Assembly: GCA_041640595.1 (NCBI GenBank)
Contig: JBEPZY010000006.1
Span: forward strand, 1-64,000
DNA: 64,000 nucleotides
DNA from: Gemmatales bacterium
Lineage (GTDB): Bacteria; Planctomycetota; Planctomycetia; Gemmatales; HRBIN36
Direction: 5' to 3'
The translations under genes were made by a program, and so were the position numbers. Position 1 is the stretch's first letter, and each line of letters begins with the position of its first letter. Of this stretch, positions 10,427-21,350 are shown one piece after another. The notes beneath the pieces were generated by a model. The model did no database searches, was not told where the DNA came from, and worked only from the letters and a program-made list of their open reading frames with translations.

Positions 10427-10428
10427 GC

Positions 10429-12840
10429 CTAATCCTCCGAGTCCGAGTTCTCACTATATAAGCTTCCCTGTTCCGTCGTTTCGGAAGGGGAGGACGGTTC
10501 AACGACCTCCCAATTGACCAATCGGGGCGGTGGCGGAATAACTCGGACTATTTCACCCCGTTTGATCAGCTCGACACCTTTGCCCGCCCGGCTGGCCAGT
10601 TCGCGCTCACCATTCACGATTAGCTCCTTACCACCGGATGTCTGCAGTATAAGCTTGTCTTCCGGTGAGCTAATCAATAAGGCGGCCAGGCAGCGTGCTC
10701 CTTCTTCGAGACGGATACCGATGACGCCTTTACTCGGCCCGGCAAAAATCGGAATCTGTTCTAGCGGAAAATGTAAGATATGCCCATCCGAAGCTACTAA
10801 CAGGAGCGACTTTTCCTCCCGTATTAGACCCACATACACCACTCGGTCGCCGTCTTGCAGACGGGCATAAGTTCGGCCGCGAACTGTGGACTCCTCTAAA
10901 TATAGCCCGAAAGGTAAACGGAATACCTGTCCGCTCTGAGTAACGACTACCAGGTGCGGACCCAGTGGCTCCCCATTAACCGGTTGACCAGGAGCGGGGA
11001 TAAAGCGTAAATCCGTAGGCAATGCCGCGACCAGACGCGCACCTTCACCTAAACGAACAAATTTACTAATTGGCTCGCCGTAACCAGAGCTCGCCGGGAT
11101 TTCATGAATTGGCAGCGTATAGGCTATTCCATCGTCGGCAAAAAAGACTACCCGATCCAGCGTGCTCCCTGGCACTACCGCTAAAATTTCGTCACCTTCG
11201 CGAATCCGTGTGTTCTCCAGCGAACTAAGGCGGGTTACACGCTTGATCCAGCCATCCCGACTAACCACCACATGGGTATTTTCCCGCACAATAAAGGCCT
11301 GGGGATCGTACTGCGGTAACTCTTCCTCATCTACGATCTTAGTCCGGCGTCGGTCACCATACTTCTGGGCGATCTCTTCTAATTCTCGTCGCACCACTTC
11401 CCAGAGCTTTTTCTCCGAGCGAAGAATCGCCTCGATGCGCTGGGATTCAGCGCGTTTCTCCTGTAACTCGTCAAGGATACGCTGAATTTCCAGGCGTGCC
11501 AGTTTATATAGTAACAGCTCTAATATCGCATCTACCTGAACCTGATCGAGAGGGAATTGCCGCAGAAGTTTCGCCGCTGCATCTTCTTTATTCTGGCTAC
11601 TACGAATAATGCGAATAGCTCGGTCCAGGTCCTGGAAAAGGATGCGAAACCCCTCCAGGATATGGATACGCTGACGCAGTTGTTCGAGCTGAAATTGAAA
11701 ACGCCGCCGGACGGTTTGCAGACGGAAATCCAAGAAATGGCGCAACATTTCCACCAGTCCGAGCCGTCTCGGTCTAAGCGCGGTTACCGAGGAAGCCGAC
11801 CGGTCGGCAGCACCCTCGCGGAGCGTGACTGGAACAAGACAGGTCATGTCGTAGGTATAGTTCTCTTGCAAGGCAGTGTGCTTATACAGGTACGCCATGA
11901 CTACTTCCGGGTCGGCGTCGTGTCGCAACTCCAGAACAACGCGAATGCCATCCTTAGCATTGGTTTCGTTGACAATGTTGAGAACCTGAGGTATTTTGCG
12001 CTCGGCGATTAGCCTGCCGATGTGTTCTTCCAACGACATCTTGTTCACGCCGTATGGGATGGAGGTGATGACAATTTGTCGGCGTCGTCCCACCTGCTCT
12101 ATTTTCCATTCTGCCTGTACCTTGATAGTACCGTGGCCCTGTTCATAGATTTGCCGCAAGGTTTTTTTATTGGCCAAGACCTTGCCGCCTAGCGGAAAAT
12201 CCGGCCCCTTGATAAATTTTAATAGCTGAGCAACACTGGCATCTGGATTTTCGATCATAAAGACAGCGGCGTCAATGACCTCCTGTAAGTTGTGCGGCGG
12301 GATGTTGGTCGCCATACCCACAGCGATCCCGGAAGCGCCATTGACCAACAGGTTCGGAAAGCGTGCAGGCAACACCGTGGGCTCTTCGTCCACGGCATCG
12401 AAAGTGGGGCGCATATCTACCGTGCGTTGCCGCAACTCCGTCATTAACTCCTCAGCAATAGGTGTTAGCTTGCATTCGGTGTAACGATAGGCAGCAGCTT
12501 CGTTCCCATCTACAGAACCGAAGTTTCCCTCGCCGTGAACCAGGGGATAGCGAAAACTAAACGGCTGAGCCATTCGCACCAGGGCGTCATAGACGGACAT
12601 GTCGCCGTGAGGGTGATATTTTCCCAAGACTTCACCGACTACCTTGGCGCATTTGATAGGGCGTTGATCGTGGTACAAGTGGAGATCGTGAAACATGTTA
12701 TAAAGGATGCGCCGCTGCACGGGCTTGAGCCCGTCACGAACGTCGGGCAAAGCCCGCGCCATGATTACCGATTGGGCATAGTTGAGGTAGCGTCGCTCCG
12801 TTTCGACGACAATAGATACTGGCTCTATGCGTTCTGGCAT
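10429..12840 (-). CDS. parC: Type IIA topoisomerase subunit A (ParC/GyrA-like)
   Basis: [29 protein letters not shown] catalytic Tyr, and a C-terminal beta-pinwheel with no clear GyrA box. Confidence 0.9.
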   Translation of the reverse strand: MPERIEPVSIVVETERRYLNYAQSVIMARALPDVRDGLKPVQRRILYNMFHDLHLYHDQRPIKCAKVVGEVLGKYHPHGDMSVYDALVRMAQPFSFRYPLVHGEGNFGSVDGNEAAAYRYTECKLTPIAEELMTELRQRTVDMRPTFDAVDEEPTVLPARFPNLLVNGASGIAVGMATNIPPHNLQEVIDAAVFMIENPDASVAQLLKFIKGPDFPLGGKVLANKKTLRQIYEQGHGTIKVQAEWKIEQVGRRRQIVITSIPYGVNKMSLEEHIGRLIAERKIPQVLNIVNETNAKDGIRVVLELRHDADPEVVMAYLYKHTALQENYTYDMTCLVPVTLREGAADRSASSVTALRPRRLGLVEMLRHFLDFRLQTVRRRFQFQLEQLRQRIHILEGFRILFQDLDRAIRIIRSSQNKEDAAAKLLRQFPLDQVQVDAILELLLYKLARLEIQRILDELQEKRAESQRIEAILRSEKKLWEVVRRELEEIAQKYGDRRRTKIVDEEELPQYDPQAFIVRENTHVVVSRDGWIKRVTRLSSLENTRIREGDEILAVVPGSTLDRVVFFADDGIAYTLPIHEIPASSGYGEPISKFVRLGEGARLVAALPTDLRFIPAPGQPVNGEPLGPHLVVVTQSGQVFRLPFGLYLEESTVRGRTYARLQDGDRVVYVGLIREEKSLLLVASDGHILHFPLEQIPIFAGPSKGVIGIRLEEGARCLAALLISSPEDKLILQTSGGKELIVNGERELASRAGKGVELIKRGEIVRVIPPPPRLVNWEVVEPSSPSETTEQGSLYSENSDSED

Positions 12841-12917
12841 AGGTCTAGCTCACTCACACAAAGAAGGTGTGCGCGAGACTTGCTGAGAAGCTAAGCCGCC
12901 GCAACACCTCTGCGACC

Positions 12918-13868
12918 CTAATCCACGTTCAGGACATAAATATCATACCCACCGCAACGAGTCGAGACGAAACCGATTTGACGGGAGTCCGGTGACCAGG
13001 TAGCGAAATGTTCCCAGGCCGGCGATTGCGTTAGGTTCCGCAAGCAAGTGCCATCCGGTCGGACCAGGTATATTTCGTAATTGCCGTCGCGGTTGGAAGT
13101 AAAGGCCAGAAACCGACCGTCTGGCGACCAGACTGGCCAGCAGTCCAGGGCCGGGTGATCGGTAAGACGACGTGGCTGGGAACCATCGGCCCGCATAATC
13201 CAGATATCCCAGTTGCCACTCCGCGCGCTGGCGAAAGCAATCTGTTTGCCATCGGGGGACCAACTGGGGTGCGTGTCGGGCGCGGGGTCGTGAGTCAGCC
13301 GTCGCACATTCTTACCGGAAATATCCGCAATGTAGATCTCCTGGTTGCCATCCCGCGCACTGACGAATAACATCTGCCGGCCATCCGGCGAAACACGCGG
13401 GCATTCTTCAAGCGCCTGATTAGGTATTAGCATCACCGGGTTACTGCCGTCTGGGTCAATCGTATAGATATTTAGCTTCCCATCCGTGCCCTGCAACTGG
13501 TCATGGACATAAACCAGACGCTTGCCATCGGGAAACCAGGAGGCGTCGAAGTCAGGGCCATCTTCACGCCGGCTCAGTTTCGTTAGAGCCGTGTCCGCCA
13601 GACGCAGCGACCATAGCCCCATTTTGCCCTGGTGAATGCGAGTGAAAACTATCCGCGAACCGTCAGGCGACCAACTCAGGTGAGCTTTATAATCCCCATC
13701 GGTGGTCAGGCGACGAATCGCATCTTTGTTTTGCAACCCTGCCACAGGCAGCGATACCAGTATAGAAAGTGCACCGAGAACGGCCAAACTCAGCACAACT
13801 CGAATATGCCAAGATTTATTAGTTGCCTTTCGCGACATTATCATCCACATAAGCCACCGGCCTGTCAT
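12918..13868 (-). CDS. TolB-like PD40 beta-propeller protein
   Basis: Repeated (P)xWSPDG motifs after an N-terminal hydrophobic segment. Confidence 0.9.
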   Translation of the reverse strand: MTGRWLMWMIMSRKATNKSWHIRVVLSLAVLGALSILVSLPVAGLQNKDAIRRLTTDGDYKAHLSWSPDGSRIVFTRIHQGKMGLWSLRLADTALTKLSRREDGPDFDASWFPDGKRLVYVHDQLQGTDGKLNIYTIDPDGSNPVMLIPNQALEECPRVSPDGRQMLFVSARDGNQEIYIADISGKNVRRLTHDPAPDTHPSWSPDGKQIAFASARSGNWDIWIMRADGSQPRRLTDHPALDCWPVWSPDGRFLAFTSNRDGNYEIYLVRPDGTCLRNLTQSPAWEHFATWSPDSRQIGFVSTRCGGYDIYVLNVD

Positions 13869-13904
13869 TCATCACACTTAGCGAGCAACGCAATGCCAGC
13901 CCCA

Positions 13905-15278
13905 TCAGGCGAGTATAGCATCGAGTACCTGACCGTCGCTGGGTAAATTCAGGTTTCGTGCTACCTCAGGCGAGATACCTAGTGCAGCGAGTATAGTCGC
14001 ATGGAGATCAGCCGGTGTGCACGGGTGAGCACGAGGACGCTCACCACGATCATCGCTTTCCCCATAGACCATACCGCGACGGATACCCCCACCGGCCAGC
14101 AGGGCACAATAGCAATGTTCCCAGTGATCGCGACCGGTTTTGTTATTGACCTTGGGAGTGCGTCCGAACTCCCCCATAGCCACTACAAGGGTGCTCGCTA
14201 ATAAACCCCGCTGCTCTAAATCTTCTAATAAAGCGCTGAGTGCCTGGTCCAGTATAGGAGCATGCCGATTCTGCATAATTTCAAAGTTGCGATAGTGCAT
14301 ATCCCAACCGCCATCGCCCGCATCTTCTTCCGCCTCAACATGATTGCTCCAATTCACCTGCACGAAAGGAATATGCTTTTCGACCAGACGGCGAGCAAGC
14401 AAGCAGGATTGTCCAAAACGGGTCAGGCCATAACGCTGGCGCACTGCTTCTGTCTCTTTACTAAGGTCGAATAGCGATATAACCTGAGGAGAAAGAAGCA
14501 TATTGAATGCCTGTCGCTGGTACGTATCAAAGGCGGCAGTAGTCGAAAAAGTTTCATACCACCGGCGGGCCTGGTCGAGCTGTTTCCAGAGGTGCTGGCG
14601 ATGCAGTAAGCGCTCTGGCGTCAAGTCCGGTCCAAGTTGCAATGCTTCGATGTGCACACCGTCAGGGCGATATTCGAGACGAAACGGATCGTAACGGTGT
14701 CCAAGTGTGCCGCCCCCTTCGCCGACAACGGGTTTCTTGCCCTGATGAAGCCGACCGCCCACGATGAAATAGGCAGGCCAGTTGCCGGCAGCTTGTCCCC
14801 TAACCCGAGCGACAACGGCTCCCAGTGCGGGTCGGAGATTACCGTTTAGAGTTTGTCCGCCGAGGTTCACCGCTCCATTCATGCTTCCGGTCAATCCGAT
14901 CGTTCCTGCAACACCGTGATCGTTGGAGCGAGTCTGCAGGGAACGAATGAGGGTACAACGATTTGCCAGGCGTGCCAACTGCGGAAACAGCTCGCAAAAG
15001 CGCAGGCCGGGAATGCTGGTCGGAATGGTGCCGAATGGTCCACGGTATTCCAGAGGCGCTTGCGGCTTTGGATCGAAAGTGTCCAGATGGCTGGGCCCAC
15101 CCCACAACCAGAGCATAATGACCGACCGAGCCCGAAGCGGCGAAGCTGCACGCGCTTGCTGAACGCGGAGCCAATCGGCCAGGTTCAAACCCAGGGCTGT
15201 GCACAAACCTACCTGAACTATCTCCCGCCGCGACCAACCCCGGCAGGTTCGTTGCCGTTGAACTCCCAGTGTCAGCAT
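13905..15278 (-). CDS. DUF1501 family protein
   Basis: Tat-like SRRE leader, GGPSHLDTFDPKP, CLLARRLVE, WDMH, GEFGRTP, GRDHW. Confidence 0.92.
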   Translation of the reverse strand: MLTLGVQRQRTCRGWSRREIVQVGLCTALGLNLADWLRVQQARAASPLRARSVIMLWLWGGPSHLDTFDPKPQAPLEYRGPFGTIPTSIPGLRFCELFPQLARLANRCTLIRSLQTRSNDHGVAGTIGLTGSMNGAVNLGGQTLNGNLRPALGAVVARVRGQAAGNWPAYFIVGGRLHQGKKPVVGEGGGTLGHRYDPFRLEYRPDGVHIEALQLGPDLTPERLLHRQHLWKQLDQARRWYETFSTTAAFDTYQRQAFNMLLSPQVISLFDLSKETEAVRQRYGLTRFGQSCLLARRLVEKHIPFVQVNWSNHVEAEEDAGDGGWDMHYRNFEIMQNRHAPILDQALSALLEDLEQRGLLASTLVVAMGEFGRTPKVNNKTGRDHWEHCYCALLAGGGIRRGMVYGESDDRGERPRAHPCTPADLHATILAALGISPEVARNLNLPSDGQVLDAILA

Positions 15279-15323
15279 GGCACACCCTCCGAAATTCGGG
15301 CACCCTGCCAGCGCCAGACGCCT

Positions 15324-17849
15324 TTATGGTTTGCAAAGAGTTTCGTCCAAATTCAGGAGGACATTGGCGACCACCGTCCAGGCAGCAAGTTCAACGGCGG
15401 CTTCAGAAGAAGCTGGCTGCGGCTCCAGGGGCTGAATTAGCCTGCGAGCAGCATCGGGTTGCTGCTGGTATTTGATGCGGGCCGACTGGTACAGTTCCAC
15501 CAGCGGTTGAATCTCTGCCGAACCAGGTCGGCGAGCCACGCATAAACGAAAACCGTACTCTACACGTTCCCGAACGCTGCCGGTGTGTTCCCGAAGCATA
15601 CGTCGTCCCAAACCGATCGCGGCATGGAAGAAAGCCGGATCGTTCAACGTAACCAGAGCCTGCAAAGGTGTATTGGTACGTGGCCGTCGGTCGCAACAGA
15701 CCTCGCGGCTCGGGGCATCGAAAATGGCAAAACTCGGATAATGTGCGGTTCGCCGCCAGAATGTGTAGATGCCACGCCGATACTGATCACCGCCCGTGCT
15801 CATGACCCATTTATCCGAGCTATACGGGTTGAGCCAAATTCCCTCCGGCTGGTAAGGAAATACGCTCGGTCCGCCAATCTTGCGAACCAAAAGCCCGCTG
15901 ATTGCCAGGGCGTTATCGCGGAGCGTTTCTGCATCGAGTCGAAAACGTGGGCCACGAGTGAACAAACGATTATCCGGGTCGCGTTCACGCAGCTGTTCGG
16001 TTACGCGGGAGGATTGTCGGTAGGTGCTGGAGGTAACGATAAGGCGATGGATGTGCTTCAGGTTCCAGCCGCTTTCCATAAACTCGACAGCGAGCCAGTC
16101 GAGCAACTCCGGATGACTGGGCAGGTCTCCCTGGTAACCAAAATCGTTGGAAGTTTCTACCAGACCGCGTCCCCAGTACTGTGCCCAAAGGCGATTAACC
16201 ACCACCCGTGCTGTGAGCGGATTGCGGCGGTCTGTCAGCCAGCGGGCCAGACCGAGACGGTTGCGGGGAGCGTCGGCGGGAAATGGGTGCAATTTTGCTG
16301 GCGTGTCGGGTTGAACCCGTTCTCCGAGATTCCGGAACTCTCCGCGAATCATGATGCGGGTTTCTCGCGGCTGCGGTAACTCCTGCATGACCAGGGTCAC
16401 GGCTGGTTGCAGACTGGCCAGCCGTCGCCGCTCTGCCTCGGTTTGCTTGAGTGCCTGCCGCACGAGCACGGCGGACATCAAAGGGGACGGACACACCGCT
16501 GGCGCAAATGCTATGGCTAAACGGTTCAGAAGTTCCTGCCGCTCTCGCGCGACTTCCGGTGGCCAATATGCCAGCTGCGGATCATTACTGCGTCCTCGAT
16601 CGGCTGTGCTGTTGAAAAAGGCAAAGAGCTGATAGTACTCGCGGGTGGTGAAAGGATCGTACTTGTGGTTATGACATTGCGCGCAACCGAAAGTCAGGCC
16701 CATCCAGACGGTCATCGTGGTGTTCACGCGGTCCACGATCGCGGCCACGCGGAATTCTTCGTCATCCGTCCCGCCTTCGGTGTTGACGAGGGTATTGCGA
16801 TGGAAGCCGGTGGCAATGCGCTGTTCCAGTGTGGGATTCGGCAATAGGTCACCGGCCAGCTGTTCCGTCGTGAACTGGTCAAACGGAAGGTTCCGGTTGA
16901 AAGCCTGGATCACCCAGTCGCGGTATGGCCAGATGGAGCGGCGATAATCGGCTTCGTAACCGTTGGTGTCGGCATAACGAGCCAGATCCAGCCAGTAACG
17001 TGCCTGATGTTCGCCGTAATGCGGAGAAGCCAGCAATCGCTCGACGTATCGTTCATAAGCATCCGGCTGCCGATCGTTCAGAAAAGCCTCGACTTCTTCC
17101 AGAGTCGGAGGTAATCCGGCCAGATCGAGGGCAACCCGTCGCGCCAGGACTGCCGGTTCTGCTTCCGGGGAAGGTCGCAACCCGGTCGATTCCATCCGTG
17201 CCAGGACGAACTGATCAATTGGATTACGCACCCAGCCCGGATTGCTCACCGGCGGCAACGGTGGACGCTTCGGTGGAACGAAAGCCCAATGCTCCTCATA
17301 AATGGCTCCCGCATCAATCCAGGCACGGAGCTTGGCAATTTCCTCTGCCGACAGAGGTTCAGCACCGCGAGGCATCCGGAAAGACTTGTCCGAAGAGATG
17401 ACCCGGCGGATTAACTCGCTGGCAGCACTGTTTCCGGGAACTATAGCTGGTTGCCCCGATTGGCCCCCTCGTAAGGCTGATTCACGACTTTGCAAATCCA
17501 GTTCGCCCTTTTTCACATCGAAACCGTGGCACTTGAAGCATCGGTTGGACAGAATGGGACGAATATCCCGATTGAAGTCAGGCGTCGTGGATTGGCCTTG
17601 ACCGGAAGCAGAGCCCTTACCGTACACCAGTCCCCAGGCAAACACTAGAACGGCTGCGCTGACTACGCCGATTCCAACTGCAGCTATTGCCCGGGAATTT
17701 CGCAGGAACAATCTGCCGTTAATTCGTGCCGGCGACTGTTTCCGGACGGGATACGAAGGGGCAGCGCGGCCAAGCTTGCCGCCATCGGTTACAATGAGTG
17801 CTGCGTTTTCCGACATAGCTATTTCATCCGTCGCCATCATTTTCAGCAA
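15324..17849 (-). CDS. Planctomycete cytochrome c / DUF1549 / DUF1553 protein
   Basis: [44 protein letters not shown]. True start may lie downstream. Confidence 0.92.
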   Translation of the reverse strand: MLKMMATDEIAMSENAALIVTDGGKLGRAAPSYPVRKQSPARINGRLFLRNSRAIAAVGIGVVSAAVLVFAWGLVYGKGSASGQGQSTTPDFNRDIRPILSNRCFKCHGFDVKKGELDLQSRESALRGGQSGQPAIVPGNSAASELIRRVISSDKSFRMPRGAEPLSAEEIAKLRAWIDAGAIYEEHWAFVPPKRPPLPPVSNPGWVRNPIDQFVLARMESTGLRPSPEAEPAVLARRVALDLAGLPPTLEEVEAFLNDRQPDAYERYVERLLASPHYGEHQARYWLDLARYADTNGYEADYRRSIWPYRDWVIQAFNRNLPFDQFTTEQLAGDLLPNPTLEQRIATGFHRNTLVNTEGGTDDEEFRVAAIVDRVNTTMTVWMGLTFGCAQCHNHKYDPFTTREYYQLFAFFNSTADRGRSNDPQLAYWPPEVARERQELLNRLAIAFAPAVCPSPLMSAVLVRQALKQTEAERRRLASLQPAVTLVMQELPQPRETRIMIRGEFRNLGERVQPDTPAKLHPFPADAPRNRLGLARWLTDRRNPLTARVVVNRLWAQYWGRGLVETSNDFGYQGDLPSHPELLDWLAVEFMESGWNLKHIHRLIVTSSTYRQSSRVTEQLRERDPDNRLFTRGPRFRLDAETLRDNALAISGLLVRKIGGPSVFPYQPEGIWLNPYSSDKWVMSTGGDQYRRGIYTFWRRTAHYPSFAIFDAPSREVCCDRRPRTNTPLQALVTLNDPAFFHAAIGLGRRMLREHTGSVRERVEYGFRLCVARRPGSAEIQPLVELYQSARIKYQQQPDAARRLIQPLEPQPASSEAAVELAAWTVVANVLLNLDETLCKP

Positions 17850-18092
17850 CTGTGCTGGTTTACTGGCATTTTACTAAACCGAAACCGACCGGTACACGGT
17901 TTTGCGGGACGCCGCGTCTGGCAAGCGGCAAGTTATGCGGGCAGGTGTAGTCGCTGCAAACTGCGATTCTTTGGCTATAATTGCATATTGATGGGGCTGA
18001 CAAATCCACGACAGCACGGGAATGCGAGACTGAAACCCTCAGCAATCGAGGTACGAACGGTTCTGCCCCGAAAGAGACAGTGAGCATCTGCC

Positions 18093-18614
18093 ATGAAGAT
18101 TTACCTGGTTCCCGAGGACGGTTCCCGGCCGTATGAACTGGTAAAAGACATAACCCTGGTCGGTCGCAGTCGCATTTGCGACATTCAATTGCTCGACAAA
18201 TCGGTTTCCAAACTCCATTGCGTGCTGGTCAAGACAGACAGCCTGGTTTTAGTGCGCGACTTAGGGAGCACTAACGGGACACGGGTGAAGGACCTGACCG
18301 TGAAACGTGGCTTTCTGTTGCCGAACGATGTGCTGGAAATTGCCCGGTTGCGGTTTCACGTCCAGTTTTTGCCAGACGATGCCGCGCCACCGACGCCCTC
18401 GGAGTCCTGGGTTCGGACCGAGCAGATGTCTCGCCAGGAGCTGGAACAGTTGCTCCAGGCAGCCGAAAAAGAGGATTCCGTTATTGATGACGGGCCTCCC
18501 AGTTCCCCGCTACCCCCGGGAGGGCCAGAGGTAGTGGGAATGTCACCCCCGGAGAATGTTCCAAGTGTACCGCCGATACCGCCGGTAGTGGAAACCGATC
18601 AGCCAGCACCTTGA
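18093..18614 (+). CDS. FHA domain protein with Pro-rich tail
   Basis: VGRS..CDI, SVSKLHC, DLGSTNGT. Confidence 0.92.
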   Translation: MKIYLVPEDGSRPYELVKDITLVGRSRICDIQLLDKSVSKLHCVLVKTDSLVLVRDLGSTNGTRVKDLTVKRGFLLPNDVLEIARLRFHVQFLPDDAAPPTPSESWVRTEQMSRQELEQLLQAAEKEDSVIDDGPPSSPLPPGGPEVVGMSPPENVPSVPPIPPVVETDQPAP

Positions 18615-18687
18615 TCCAGGATAACAGGGGCCTTTTCCCGAAGTTTGGGACCGACAAAGAAACATTGAGGTTCGTTTAGATGCTTCA

Positions 18688-18916
18688 GGAAAAGGCCCCG
18701 CCGGTATATCCCCGGAGGGAGGACCGCCCTACCCTCCGGTCAAGCAGCTCTACTGTGAAGCGCTCACTGGCGTGGCCGACCCATACCACGTTCCCAGTGA
18801 GTTCGCTTGCTTCTACCCAGGAGGGACGGGCAGTGCCGGTGTCCCGCAGAATCCGGCACACAGTAGAGCCAATGGCGTTCGCTATAGGCACGTTGTCGAA
18901 CCAGTTCCCCGTTTCC
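18688..18916 (-). ncRNA. Structured non-coding RNA, 6S RNA-like candidate
   Basis: Four perfect inverted repeats (two nested in an 11 bp stem), an imperfect terminal stem and an upstream sigma70 promoter; no credible ORF. Family assignment is tentative. Confidence 0.6.
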
Positions 18917-18927
18917 AGAGCGGCTGC

Positions 18928-18956
18928 GATATAACACGTTGACACTGCCTTGTCAA
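18928..18956 (-). promoter_or_regulatory. Sigma70-type promoter TTGACA-N17-TATATC
   Basis: Reverse complement: TTGACA at 18956-18951, 17 nt spacer, TATATC at 18933-18928. Confidence 0.7.
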
Positions 18957-18981
18957 TTGCGATTGCCGCGAACAGTTGGAG

Positions 18982-20328
18982 TCAATTCGCTGCCGTGGGA
19001 GGATTGCACAAATCTTCGGGTTGCCCCGTGGCTTGCAACAAGGAAAGCCACAGGGGGCCACACGGATCAACGCGCTTGATCCCCCGGGTAACCGCGGTTA
19101 AGGGAACATGCACAAAATGGTTATTCCACAAACCGACCAGCATCGCCGTCCGGCCACTCATACCGGCATGAACTGCATGCTGCGCGAGCTGTAAACAGAA
19201 CACGGCGTCACTCGGAACAGCCGGAGCGGCGCGAATCAGGTAACTCGGATCGAGATAGCGAACGCGCACGCCCAGGTGTGTCTCGATAAGCTGGCGCAAG
19301 TACCGGCCGATGTCAGCCAAGCGCTGGTTTCCTGATTCATCCCGACCGAGGCGCTGCTGTTCCTGCTGCATCGCCGGTAAATGCTGTCCTGCACCTTCCG
19401 CCACCACAATAACGGCATGGCGACGAGCTCGCAATCGCCGATCTAGATGGCATAACAGTCCATTCGGGCCTTCCACATCGAAGGGCACTTCCGGGATAAG
19501 GACGAAATTGGCATTCCCTTCCGCCAGGGCGGCGAGCGTGGTTATGTATCCGGAATGTCGCCCCATTAACTTGACCAGTCCTACGCCATTGGGAACGCTG
19601 AGGGCCTCTTCGTGGGCTGCCCGTATCGCTTGCGTGGCTAACGAGAAAGCAGTTTCAAAGCCAAAGGTCTTCTCGACATAGAGCAGGTCGTTGTCAATGG
19701 TTTTCGGTAGGGCAATGACGGCAATGGCTAAACCGCGCCTTTGTATTTCCTGAGCAATCGCCAGCGCGGCACGGGCAGTACCGTCGCCGCCAATCATGAA
19801 AAGAACCTGCACATGATGCCCGACCAGAAAATCCACCATCGCACTCACATCTTGCGGTCCGCGCGACGTGCCCAGCAATGAACCACCCCGTTCGTGAATG
19901 TCGCGGACCAGGTCTGGCGTGAGGGTCATGGGTTCCGGCCCACCTGGAACCATGCCAGCCAGGCCGTAACGGATGCCCAGCACCTGTCGCACTCCGTATT
20001 GCCAGACCAGTTGCATCGTCAAGGCACGGATAACATTGTTGATACCAGGACACAATCCGCCGCAGGTTACGATCGCTGCCACCGTCTCCGGCGGATTGAA
20101 AAACAACCACTCTCGCGGGCCAGCCAGTTCCAGATACTGAGGTTCCTGATCGGGTTGCGACTCCGCGGGCAATTCCCAGGGCGCATGCACAATGTCGTAA
20201 AGCACCCGGTCCTCGTGCGTGACAAAAAAGCGACACATTCGCTTCCGCAATCGGTCGCGGAATGGCGAAGGATATTTCGCCGGGCCGAGCCGGGTTATGC
20301 GAAAATCCGCAAAATTCTGCTGGCTCAC
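18982..20328 (-). CDS. pfkA: ATP-dependent 6-phosphofructokinase (long, group X-like)
   Basis: TCGGLCPG, GGDGT, PKTIDND, MGRHSG, VAEG, DPSYLIR. Confidence 0.92.
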   Translation of the reverse strand: MSQQNFADFRITRLGPAKYPSPFRDRLRKRMCRFFVTHEDRVLYDIVHAPWELPAESQPDQEPQYLELAGPREWLFFNPPETVAAIVTCGGLCPGINNVIRALTMQLVWQYGVRQVLGIRYGLAGMVPGGPEPMTLTPDLVRDIHERGGSLLGTSRGPQDVSAMVDFLVGHHVQVLFMIGGDGTARAALAIAQEIQRRGLAIAVIALPKTIDNDLLYVEKTFGFETAFSLATQAIRAAHEEALSVPNGVGLVKLMGRHSGYITTLAALAEGNANFVLIPEVPFDVEGPNGLLCHLDRRLRARRHAVIVVAEGAGQHLPAMQQEQQRLGRDESGNQRLADIGRYLRQLIETHLGVRVRYLDPSYLIRAAPAVPSDAVFCLQLAQHAVHAGMSGRTAMLVGLWNNHFVHVPLTAVTRGIKRVDPCGPLWLSLLQATGQPEDLCNPPTAAN

Positions 20329-20709
20329 GGTCTGGGCGTCTCCTCCGGTTAGCGCTTGCGGACACGATTTTCGGAGCCTGCTCTGATACCCTCTGGAAGC
20401 GCTGCAAGCTAACGGCTATTCGGCAGCGCTAACATGGTGATTTTACCTCAGCGCAGGGCGACGAGAAGGCTGGTTCGTGCATTCTCGAATTTCCACGCGG
20501 CAGCAGAATTTTGTGCCCTATTTTCCCCGCCGTATCTGACTGCACCGCGCTATGCGAATTTTGCTCTGGTTGACCTCAGCTTTGGCATGGCGGGTGCGTT
20601 TACGCAATCGTCCATGCACAAAACCGCTCGTGCGAGCCCCTCTCCCCTCGGATGGCTGGTGGTGCGTGTCCAACATCAGGTGTCTCAAAGCAAAAAGGAG
20701 GAATTGCCC

Positions 20710-21021
20710 ATGTGTCAACTTGCACAACGACTGTGGAACGACGACAGCGGTGCCCTGCTCTCTTTCGAGTGGATTTTGCTGGCTACCATTCTGGTGCTGG
20801 CAATGGTAGTCGGCCTGAAGGCTGTCCAGCAAGCGGTGCTCAACGAATTCGAAGATGTCGCCAATGCCATCGGTGCGCTGAACCAGACTTATCATGTCGG
20901 CAGTGCCCGTGGGTGTTGCGCAAGCGTCGGTGGTTCGTGCTTCAAGGACCACGGCCGCACGTTTGCCATTGACACTTGCACAGGCGACTTTCACCGCTTT
21001 AGTGCTCCCTGCGAGGAATAA
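20710..21021 (+). CDS. Flp/type IVb pilin-like protein (planctomycete family)
   Basis: RLWNDDSG|ALLSFEWILLATILV prepilin-type cleavage with Glu+5; AAGGAGG RBS before ATG 20710. Confidence 0.8.
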   Translation: MCQLAQRLWNDDSGALLSFEWILLATILVLAMVVGLKAVQQAVLNEFEDVANAIGALNQTYHVGSARGCCASVGGSCFKDHGRTFAIDTCTGDFHRFSAPCEE

Positions 21022-21350
21022 ACCTTTCCGTTTCGTGGATGCACTGACCTGTAGCTTCGCTGGGTGCTGCTACGGCAAACTTGAAGCGGGTTATCCTTCA
21101 ACCTGGCGTGACCGGAACACAAAGACGCATACCGGCCATGCCAATTTTTACTTGAGAAACAAACCTGCCTTCAGCATTAGCCCGGCAGCGTAGCGCGTTA
21201 CTATCGGCGACCGGTAGATTTTGCCGAGAAGTTAGGGATTGGCATTAGGCTCGGGAATTGGGGGACTAGGAATTGGAAATAAAGGGTTGGCGGTGAGCCA
21301 TCAGAGGCGAAAGGTTCGGAATGAGGGGTCCAGAATGAGGTCGCCCACCG

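Noticed and set aside
18680..18945. Short ORFs 18680-18934 (+) and 18685-18945 (-)
   Set aside because: No protein motifs; the minus ORF starts inside the promoter, and the region is better explained as structured RNA.
20434..20709. N-terminal extension of the pilin ORF
   Set aside because: A strong RBS and the prepilin motif place the start at 20710.
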